Origin: an uncultured bacterium
Lineage (GTDB): Bacteria > SAR324 > NAC60-12
DNA length: 24,058 nucleotides
Assembly: GCA_964010765.1 (NCBI GenBank)
Contig: CAXGMD010000053.1
Location: 1-24,058 of the forward strand
Direction: 5' to 3'
The notes beneath the pieces were generated by a model. The model worked only from the letters and a program-made list of their open reading frames with translations, did no database searches and was not told the origin of the DNA. The first letter of the stretch is position 1; each line of letters begins with the position of its first letter. Below, one piece after another: positions 9,585-16,857 of this stretch. The translations under genes and the position numbers were made by a program.

Positions 9585-10334
9585 ATGTCAAACAAGACAA
9601 TTACCTTTAAAATCCTCCGGCAAGACGGGCCTAACCAGCCATCTTACTGGGAGACCTTCGTGATACCTTACCTGCCAAATTCGAACGTCATTTCCTGCTT
9701 GATGGATATTCAAAAGAATCCAATCAATTCAGAAGGAAAAAAAGTACGTCCGGTCGTTTGGGAGTGCAATTGCCTGGAAGAAGTATGCGGAACCTGCACC
9801 ATGGTGATCAATGGTAAGACTCGCCAGTCTTGTAGTGCATTGATCGATAAACTGATGCAACCAATTACTTTGCAGCCTCTGAGCAAGTTCCCCGTTGTCA
9901 GGGATCTAGCCGTAGACCGCTCTCGGATGTTCGAAGCACTGAAGAGAGTGAAAGCTTGGGTTCCAATGGATGGTTACCATGATCTTGGGCCTGGAGATAA
10001 GATTCTGCCAGATCATCAGGGAGTCGCTTACAAACTTTCAGAGTGCATGACCTGTGGCTGCTGCGTTGAAGCATGTCCTCAGTACAGCCGTGATAACAAT
10101 TTCTTGGGAGCCGCAGCGATCAGTCAAGCACGTCTATTCAATATGCATCCCACAGGAAAATTAATCGCCAATGAGCGACTAGACTCCTTGATGGACGATG
10201 GTGGAATTGCCGCGTGTGGCAATGCGCAGAACTGTGTGGAGGTGTGTCCAAAATCCATCCCCTTGACGGAAAGCATAGCTGAAATGGGCCGTCAATCCTC
10301 AAAAAGATTCTGGAAAACTCTCTTCCAAATTTGA
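9585..10334 (+). CDS. sdhB: Succinate dehydrogenase iron-sulfur subunit
   Basis: CLEEVCGTC...C (2Fe-2S), CMTCGCCVEACP, and CGNAQNCVEVCP (3Fe-4S pattern). Confidence 0.95.
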   Translation: MSNKTITFKILRQDGPNQPSYWETFVIPYLPNSNVISCLMDIQKNPINSEGKKVRPVVWECNCLEEVCGTCTMVINGKTRQSCSALIDKLMQPITLQPLSKFPVVRDLAVDRSRMFEALKRVKAWVPMDGYHDLGPGDKILPDHQGVAYKLSECMTCGCCVEACPQYSRDNNFLGAAAISQARLFNMHPTGKLIANERLDSLMDDGGIAACGNAQNCVEVCPKSIPLTESIAEMGRQSSKRFWKTLFQI

Positions 10335-10343
10335 ATCTAGCCA

Positions 10344-10368
10344 ACCCTCTTGTGCAAAGCAAGAGGGT
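10344..10368. terminator. Hairpin between convergent sdhB and kdsA
   Basis: ACCCTCTTG(T)-GCAAA-(G)CAAGAGGGT, a 9-10 bp stem; only a weak U-tract follows. Confidence 0.55.
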
Positions 10369-10385
10369 GTTTCCTCCCTCAAAGA

Positions 10386-11234
10386 TTACTCCACTTCGAT
10401 TGGTGGCAGGCTTTTAGCCAACTCATCTTGCTTCTTAAGCTGCATCAATAAAGTTTCCAATTTGCCCAAAGGCCAAGCACTGGGTCCATCGCATTTTGCT
10501 TCAGATGGATTTGGGTGAGCTTCCAGAAAGATTCCTGCAATGCCAGTGGCTAATCCCGAGAGGGCCAATTCGCGGAGTTGTTGTCGCCGACCACCAGCAG
10601 CAGAGCCTTGTCCACCAGGAATCTGTACTGCATGAGTTACGTCAAAAATTACAGGTGCGCCTAGCTTTTTCATCAAGCCAAAGCCCAACATGTCGACAAT
10701 TAAATTATTGTATCCGAACATTGTCCCACGTTCACATAGCATAATTTGGCTATTCCCAGCACTCTCAAACTTCTGAAGGATATTGTCCATTTCAGAAGGA
10801 GAAAGGAATTGTGCTTTCTTGATATTGATAGCTTTCTGAGTCTTTGCGAGAGCTATGACCAGGTCTGTTTGTCTCGATAAAAAGGCAGGCAGTTGGAGAA
10901 TATCTACCACGGAGGCAACAGCACTTGCTTGATGAGGCTCATGTACGTCTGTAATTACGGGTACATTGAAAGCCTGACGGACTTCCTCCAGCCATTTCAA
11001 TCCTTCATCAATTCCAGGCCCACGAAATGAGTGAACTGAGGAGCGATTCGCTTTATCGAAGGACGCCTTGAATAAATAAGGAATCGAGAGCTTTTCTGTT
11101 AAATTACAAAAGGTCTCTGCTGTTCTAAGCGTTAGCTCCCGACTCTCCAACACATTCATGCCCCCAATTAAAACGAAGGGAAGATGGTTTCCAATTTCAA
11201 TTCCAGTAGATAACGAAATAGTACTAAGCGGCAT
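10386..11234 (-). CDS. kdsA: 3-deoxy-D-manno-octulosonate 8-phosphate synthase
   Basis: [54 protein letters not shown]. Confidence 0.96.
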   Translation of the reverse strand: MPLSTISLSTGIEIGNHLPFVLIGGMNVLESRELTLRTAETFCNLTEKLSIPYLFKASFDKANRSSVHSFRGPGIDEGLKWLEEVRQAFNVPVITDVHEPHQASAVASVVDILQLPAFLSRQTDLVIALAKTQKAINIKKAQFLSPSEMDNILQKFESAGNSQIMLCERGTMFGYNNLIVDMLGFGLMKKLGAPVIFDVTHAVQIPGGQGSAAGGRRQQLRELALSGLATGIAGIFLEAHPNPSEAKCDGPSAWPLGKLETLLMQLKKQDELAKSLPPIEVE

Positions 11235-11450
11235 AATTTGATTTGGTAGAATGTAAACTTCTAATTTAGTATAATCAGATTAAATTAATTTTTATCAATG
11301 AAATGAATTATTTGTCACATATTTTTCACATGAGTAATCTATGGAAGAAAAGGATAGAAATAGCTTTACGAAGGGAAAAAATCTGCTAGCATCCATAATG
11401 TCAAAATATTTTAACAAAGTAATGAATCAAGGTTTTAGAAAGGAGTTTAG

Positions 11451-14291
11451 ATGAAATTTCAGTACCCTGGTTTGACTGAAGCAGAAGCGCTGCAGTCGAG
11501 AAATCAGAATGGTTCAAACGCTGTAACTACACAGGAGGTAGAGAGCTTTTCAGATAAGCTACTAGCAAACCTAAAAGATCCAATCATTATCATCCTGATT
11601 GCTGCACTTGGGATCACAGTTTTTCTCTCAGTGATTGGCTTTGCTCCTTGGTATGAGGGTGTAGGAATCGCAATAGCTGTGGCGTTGGCTACTCTCGTGG
11701 CGACCTGGTCTGAGTATAGTAATGAGAACGAGTTTCAAAAGCTTCTGGAAGAAGCCTCATTAGTTAAAGTGAAAGCCTTCAGGGACAACACACTTCAAGA
11801 AATTAGTATCAACGACTTGGTTGCTGGGGACCATGTTGTTCTACAACCAGGCGATACTGTCCCAGCTGATGGGTACTTGCTCGCAGGAAAACTCGAAGTA
11901 AATGCTGCCGCCCTGACCGGGGAATCAGAACCGATTAAGAAGGTTCCAGTCGAAGACCCAAATAAAATTGATGAAGAGCGAAATGAACTTCCCCGCGCGG
12001 CCTTGGTTGATGATGGTGAAGGCGTGATGTTGGTAACCGCTGTTGGGGATAAGACCAAATACGGCCAAACCATGAAGGAATTGGTCTCAGCCGAAGACCG
12101 TTTGTCTCCTTTACAAGAAAAGTTAGCAGATCTTGGGCAAAAGATCAGCCGCTTTGGCTACATTGGTTCTGTCATGATTGCCTTTGCTTTCATGTCCAAT
12201 CACATCTTCATTGAAGCTGAAAGTGTTGGTATCTACTTTTCACAGCCATTTGGAGAAATTGTCCATGATATCGTCACAGCAATTGTCTTAGCCATCATCA
12301 TCATCGTGGTAGTAGTTCCAGAGGGACTCCCAATGATGATCGCTACCGTCCTTTCGATGAACATGCGTAAGCTCTTGAAGGCTAAAGTTCTCGTGAGGAA
12401 GTTACTCGGAATAGAAACAGCCGGCAGTCTAACGGTTTTGTTTTCCGACAAAACTGGAACCCTGACGCAGGGCTTATTACAAGTTGCTGATACCCTAGAC
12501 GGTACAGGCCAGCACCACACTAAGCTTGATGAAATTCCTGATGGTCTACGCAATGAAATTATCTTTTCCTTGCGCAACAATACTAGCGCTGCCATTGACA
12601 CTACTGGTCCAAAACCTGTCATTGTTGGAGCCAATCCAACTGAACAAGCCCTCCTTAGATACTTGGATGAGAATCTAAAGGAAAAAGATGATGTAGAACT
12701 TGTCCAAAATATCCCCTTCAAGAGCTTATATAAATTTTCAGCCTCACAGGTGAAAGGTAAGAAGTCGGTCACGATGGTCAAAGGAGCCGCAGAAATTGTG
12801 CTGGCTAACTGTACGGCCTATATAGACGAAAATGGAAAGCGCCAGCCTTTACCCTCGCATGAGAACTTGCTGCATGAGATGAATAAGATGTCCGAGCGAG
12901 CTATGCGTTTGATCGGGCTAGCAGTAACCGATGAGTCAATTAGTGAGGATCCTTCCCTGCCTCAGAATCTTGCTTTAGTCACCATTTTCGGGTTGAGAGA
13001 CGAAATACGTCAGGAAGCCAAAGTAGCTGTTCAAGAGGCTCAAGCAGCAGGAATTCGGGTGGTCATGATCACAGGTGATGCCAAGAATACGGCGCGCGCA
13101 ATCGCTAAAGAAATGGGGATTATCCAAGGTGATAATCCAGTGGTGACCACTTCGACAGAATTGGGAGAGATGTCAGATGCTCAGGTTCGCGACATGCTTC
13201 CGAATCTTTGTGTGGTATCAAGAGCACTTCCAACCGATAAAAGCCGCCTTGTGAAAGCTGCCAAGGAACGCAATTGGGTCGTGGGTATGACGGGTGATGG
13301 AGTTAACGACGCCCCCGCTGTAAAAAATGCGGATGTTGGATTTGCCATGGGGAGTGGGACTGAAATGACGAAGGAGTCCAGTGATATTGTAATTTTGGAC
13401 GACAATTTCTCATCACTAACCCGTGCTGTCCTTTATGGAAGGACGTTGCTGAAATCTATAAGAAAGTTTCTAATCTTCCAACTTTCAGTAAACGTTGCTG
13501 CGATTCTGGTGGCTTTCTTTGGTCCTTTCTTTGGAATAGACCTGCCGCTCACCATGACTCAAATGCTCTGGATAAACTTGGTTATGGACACTCTGGCTGC
13601 GATTGCTTTTGCTGGAGAAGCTGCTCTGAGTCGATACATGAAGGAGCCCCCCATCCCCAAAAATGCGCCACTGATCACTCCAGATATGTGGTCTGCCATT
13701 TTTACAAATGGAATTGCAATGGCAATTCTTAGCCTGTTTTTCCTCACTAGTGATGGGCTAGGTAGCTTTTTTGCCTGTGATGAAAGCCGCTGTGGATTAC
13801 CAACTGATCCTGGCTACAATCCAGATGCAGTGCTTTTGACAGCATTTTTTGCGTTCTTTGTTTTCATCAATAATTTCAATAAATTTAATTCACGTACAGA
13901 GGGCACAGACCTGTTTGAGCATATTGGTGAGAACAAGAATTTCTTACGGGTCGTTGGCTTGATCTTCTTCCTCCAGATCCTCTTCACATACTTGGGGGGT
14001 GAGGTTTTAAGAACAGTTGGGTTGGGCTTTGGCGAGTGGCTGATGGTTATTACTTTGGCAGCCTTGATCATTCCAGTAGACCAGATTCGCAAAAGAATTC
14101 GGGATCGGGTTGTGGAGGCAATTGAAGCAAAAGGTCGCCAAGGTCACCGAGAAGGAATGCTGCGTGGACAAGAACATGAGCGAGTTGAAATTGCCCGCAG
14201 GCTAGTCAATGGTGAATCTGGTATGAACATTGACGTTGTTGCCGCAGCAACGAAGATGAAACCTGAGGAAGTAGAGAGATTAAAAGCCTAG
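11451..14291 (+). CDS. P-type II ATPase, PMCA-like Ca2+-translocating, with extra C-terminal tail
   Basis: TGES, VPEGLP, DKTGTLT, KGAAE, MITGD, GDGVNDAP; PMCA-type FQLSVNV and LWINLVMDTLAA; AAGGAG RBS. Confidence 0.9.
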   Translation: MKFQYPGLTEAEALQSRNQNGSNAVTTQEVESFSDKLLANLKDPIIIILIAALGITVFLSVIGFAPWYEGVGIAIAVALATLVATWSEYSNENEFQKLLEEASLVKVKAFRDNTLQEISINDLVAGDHVVLQPGDTVPADGYLLAGKLEVNAAALTGESEPIKKVPVEDPNKIDEERNELPRAALVDDGEGVMLVTAVGDKTKYGQTMKELVSAEDRLSPLQEKLADLGQKISRFGYIGSVMIAFAFMSNHIFIEAESVGIYFSQPFGEIVHDIVTAIVLAIIIIVVVVPEGLPMMIATVLSMNMRKLLKAKVLVRKLLGIETAGSLTVLFSDKTGTLTQGLLQVADTLDGTGQHHTKLDEIPDGLRNEIIFSLRNNTSAAIDTTGPKPVIVGANPTEQALLRYLDENLKEKDDVELVQNIPFKSLYKFSASQVKGKKSVTMVKGAAEIVLANCTAYIDENGKRQPLPSHENLLHEMNKMSERAMRLIGLAVTDESISEDPSLPQNLALVTIFGLRDEIRQEAKVAVQEAQAAGIRVVMITGDAKNTARAIAKEMGIIQGDNPVVTTSTELGEMSDAQVRDMLPNLCVVSRALPTDKSRLVKAAKERNWVVGMTGDGVNDAPAVKNADVGFAMGSGTEMTKESSDIVILDDNFSSLTRAVLYGRTLLKSIRKFLIFQLSVNVAAILVAFFGPFFGIDLPLTMTQMLWINLVMDTLAAIAFAGEAALSRYMKEPPIPKNAPLITPDMWSAIFTNGIAMAILSLFFLTSDGLGSFFACDESRCGLPTDPGYNPDAVLLTAFFAFFVFINNFNKFNSRTEGTDLFEHIGENKNFLRVVGLIFFLQILFTYLGGEVLRTVGLGFGEWLMVITLAALIIPVDQIRKRIRDRVVEAIEAKGRQGHREGMLRGQEHERVEIARRLVNGESGMNIDVVAAATKMKPEEVERLKA

Positions 14292-14310
14292 GCTTTAGAA
14301 GTAGCTCCTA

Positions 14311-14365
14311 CTCCGGCCTAGTGCATGCCAGGCCGGAGAGCTTGCCAAAGCAAGCTGACGTTTTT
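14311..14365 (+). terminator. Two tandem hairpins after the ATPase, probable terminator
   Basis: CTCCGGCCT...AGGCCGGAG (14311-14338), then AGCTTGC-CAAA-GCAAGCT (14339-14356), then GACGTTTTT. Confidence 0.5.
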
Positions 14366-14444
14366 AATAATGTATTCCCACCGCTGATTCATCTTCCGTT
14401 ACTGGAATCCCCACTTTATCTCTAGAGACAGAGTTTTTCTGATT

Positions 14445-15698
14445 ATGCGTTCAGACAATAAGGCATCATTGTTTACTCCAGTGCTATTGTCTGGTTGCGT
14501 CATTCTAATGGTGGGTTTTGCAATCAGGGCCAGCTTTGGGGTTTTTCAGGTCCCTATTGGCAACGAGTTCCTTTGGCCTCGCTCAGAGTTTTCTCTGGCA
14601 ATTGCTATTCAGAATCTTGCTTGGGGAATTGGACAACCACTCTTTAGTATCATTGCAGAGAAGTGGGGAGACCGAAAAGCAATTGTGCTTGGGGCCCTTG
14701 TATATGCTCTGGGATTAGTTTTGAGTAGCTATGCCGTCACTCCAGAAGCGCTTCAAATACTAGAAATTTTAGTTGGTTTTGGAATCGCTGGGACAGGTTT
14801 TGGGGTGATCTTGGCTGTCGTTGGAAGAAGTACGAGTCCTGAGAACCGTTCCCTTGCGTTGGGAGTTGCAACTGCTGCTGGCTCAGCTGGTCAGATTGTT
14901 GGTCCTCCAACCGCGAGTTGGTTGCTTGGGAAAATGCCATGGTCCGAGGTTTTTCTGGTTTTTGCAGTCTCAATATTTTTGGCATTAATTGTTCTACCTT
15001 TTTTGCGATCAACCAATTTTGCAACTCGGCAAGAGTTGGAGGAGAGTCTAGGAGAAGTTTGTGGCAGGGCTTTCAGGGATCCGAGCTACATCATGATTTT
15101 CTTGGGATTCTTTTCCTGTGGCTTTCAATTGGCTTTCATCACTGCACATTTTCCAGCTTTGGTGGAGGAAATGTGTATGGGAATTCCACAGGATAGCCTT
15201 TTACGGAGCATTGGGGTCTCAACAACCTCAGCTTTAGGTGCATTTTCAATCGCTGTGATTGGCATAGCAAATCTTTTGGGAACCATAGCCGCAGGGGCTC
15301 TGGGGAAATACTTTCCAAAGAAAAATTTGCTTTCATTGATCTATGTAGGCCGGACAATTGCGGCTGCGGCCTTCATCATGATGCCAATTACGTCGAACTC
15401 TGTTCTATTGTTTTCAGCTGTGATGGGAGGCTTATGGTTAGCCACTGTTCCACTAACCTCAGGATTGGTAGCCCATATTTATGGACTTAAGTACATGGGT
15501 ACTTTATTCGGATTGGTTTTTTTCTCTCACCAACTGGGTGGTTTTTCAGGGGTATGGCTAGGTGGTTTGTTTTATGATGAATTCGGATCTTACGATCTAG
15601 TTTGGTGGGTTGGCGTAGGGGTTGGGGCTTTCTCTGCGATCGTTCATCTTACAGTGAAAGAGCAACCGTTGCTCAATAGAAGGGCAGTGGGATATTAA
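14445..15698 (+). CDS. Major facilitator superfamily transporter
   Basis: About 12 hydrophobic segments; motif-A-like IAEKWGDRK and GALGKYFPKK loops; FFSHQLGGF.GVWLGG. Confidence 0.9.
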   Translation: MRSDNKASLFTPVLLSGCVILMVGFAIRASFGVFQVPIGNEFLWPRSEFSLAIAIQNLAWGIGQPLFSIIAEKWGDRKAIVLGALVYALGLVLSSYAVTPEALQILEILVGFGIAGTGFGVILAVVGRSTSPENRSLALGVATAAGSAGQIVGPPTASWLLGKMPWSEVFLVFAVSIFLALIVLPFLRSTNFATRQELEESLGEVCGRAFRDPSYIMIFLGFFSCGFQLAFITAHFPALVEEMCMGIPQDSLLRSIGVSTTSALGAFSIAVIGIANLLGTIAAGALGKYFPKKNLLSLIYVGRTIAAAAFIMMPITSNSVLLFSAVMGGLWLATVPLTSGLVAHIYGLKYMGTLFGLVFFSHQLGGFSGVWLGGLFYDEFGSYDLVWWVGVGVGAFSAIVHLTVKEQPLLNRRAVGY

Positions 15699-15781
15699 AA
15701 CGAATTACGAGATGCTTTTTGAAAGCAGGAAAAGCTGCAAAAGCGGAGTAATAGAACTGATTGCCTTTTGTGAGTAAGGCA

Positions 15782-15858
15782 TGGCGCGCCCGGGAGGATT
15801 CGAACCCCCGACCCTTTGATCCGAAGTCAAATGCTCTATCCAGCTGAGCTACAGGCGC
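15782..15858 (-). tRNA. tRNA-Arg, anticodon TCG
   Basis: GCGCCTGTAGCTCAGCTGGATAGAGCATTTGACTTCGGATCAAAGGGTCGGGGGTTCGAATCCTCCCGGGCGCGCCA: full cloverleaf, anticodon stem TTTGA/TCAAA, loop CT-TCG-GA, encoded CCA. Confidence 0.95.
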
Positions 15859-15861
15859 CCA

Positions 15862-15938
15862 TGGGGCGAGAGATGGGACTTGAACCCACGACCACTGGAA
15901 TCACAATCCAGCGCTCTACCAGCTGAGCTACTCCCGCC
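15862..15938 (-). tRNA. tRNA-His, anticodon GTG
   Basis: GGCGGGAGTAGCTCAGCTGGTAGAGCGCTGGATTGTGATTCCAGTGGTCGTGGGTTCAAGTCCCATCTCTCGCCCCA: encoded G-1:C73 pair and CCA. Confidence 0.96.
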
Positions 15939-15954
15939 ATCAGCAAAGCAGATA

Positions 15955-15983
15955 AAAATACTTTGATTGCTGTCACTTGTCAA
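15955..15983 (-). promoter_or_regulatory. sigma70 promoter for the tRNA pair
   Basis: Minus strand TTGACA (15983-15978), 17 nt spacer, TATTTT (15960-15955), just upstream of tRNA-His. Confidence 0.65.
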
Positions 15984-16002
15984 CTTTGATTAAGGATTCT
16001 AT

Positions 16003-16704
16003 TTGGTGGTTTTAGCAAAAGATTTTTTGGAACTTAATGAGTTGAACAAGTTCTATTTGGAGGGTGGTGAGAAGCGTCAAGTACTTCGAAATGTAAGTCT
16101 TAAAATTCAAGAGGGACAGATAGTGGCTTTGTTGGGAAGAAGTGGTTCTGGCAAATCTACTTTGCTCAACTTACTGGCCGGGATTGATGAGCCGTCCTCA
16201 GGAAGTATCAGGATATCAGAAACGATGTTGAATGAATTGGACGAGCATCAAAGAACTTTATTTCGTAGAAAAAATATTGGATTCGTTTTTCAGTCCTTCA
16301 ATTTAATTCCTACATTGACCGTTGAAGAAAATCTATTGCTCCCAATGGAATTAAATGGAGAATCTGCAAAAACTGCAAAAGCTAGAGTCGCTGAGCTAAT
16401 GCAGGAGCTGGGTTTGGGGGATCGATTGGAAAGCTTCCCTGATCGGCTCTCTGGTGGGGAACAGCAGAGGGTAGCGATTGCCAGAGCACTGGTTCACGAC
16501 CCAAATTTAGTATTGGCTGATGAGCCAACTGGTAACCTAGATCGACAAACTGGAGAGCAAGCTTTAGGTTTATTTCGGGAGCTTATTCGGAAAGCAGGGA
16601 AAACCATGATCGTAGCAACCCACAGCAGTGAGGTATTGGGGATAGCAGACAGGGTCATTTCTTTGGAAGAGGGGAAGCTCATTGAAAATGATGCTCCCAA
16701 TTGA
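16003..16704 (+). CDS. ABC transporter ATP-binding protein, LolD/MacB/YbbA-like
   Basis: GRSGSGKST, IGFVFQSFNLIP, LSGGEQQRVAIARAL, LADEPTGNLD, ATH. Start TTG 16003 or GTG 16006. Confidence 0.92.
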   Translation: MVVLAKDFLELNELNKFYLEGGEKRQVLRNVSLKIQEGQIVALLGRSGSGKSTLLNLLAGIDEPSSGSIRISETMLNELDEHQRTLFRRKNIGFVFQSFNLIPTLTVEENLLLPMELNGESAKTAKARVAELMQELGLGDRLESFPDRLSGGEQQRVAIARALVHDPNLVLADEPTGNLDRQTGEQALGLFRELIRKAGKTMIVATHSSEVLGIADRVISLEEGKLIENDAPN

Positions 16705-16857
16705 GTTGGGGCGTCTATTGCTTGTGGTTTCGAGAAGTTGGTTGCAATCTAATTCCTTTCTTCAAAATTTTCTCTATTCTCTAATGTGTTGAACAAACAA
16801 CTAAAGCAAATCCTTACAGGATTCTGAAATTTTGACTCATCATACTGTTTGAAAGTT

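Noticed and set aside
11388..11416. dif-like sequence (…CATAA TGTCAAA ATATTTTAACA)
   Set aside because: Needs a 7-bp spacer, and the XerD arm matches TTATGTTAAAT at only 7 of 11 positions in very AT-rich DNA.
12233..12781. 182-aa antisense ORF, plus the other short antisense or alternate-frame ORFs inside ffh, sdhA, the ATPase, MFS and galU
   Set aside because: Shadow frames of well-supported genes, with no recognisable motifs.
15699..15781. Short hairpins between the MFS gene and tRNA-Arg as terminators or att remnants
   Set aside because: Only 6-bp stems without clear U-tracts; no duplicate of the tRNA 3' end found in the window.
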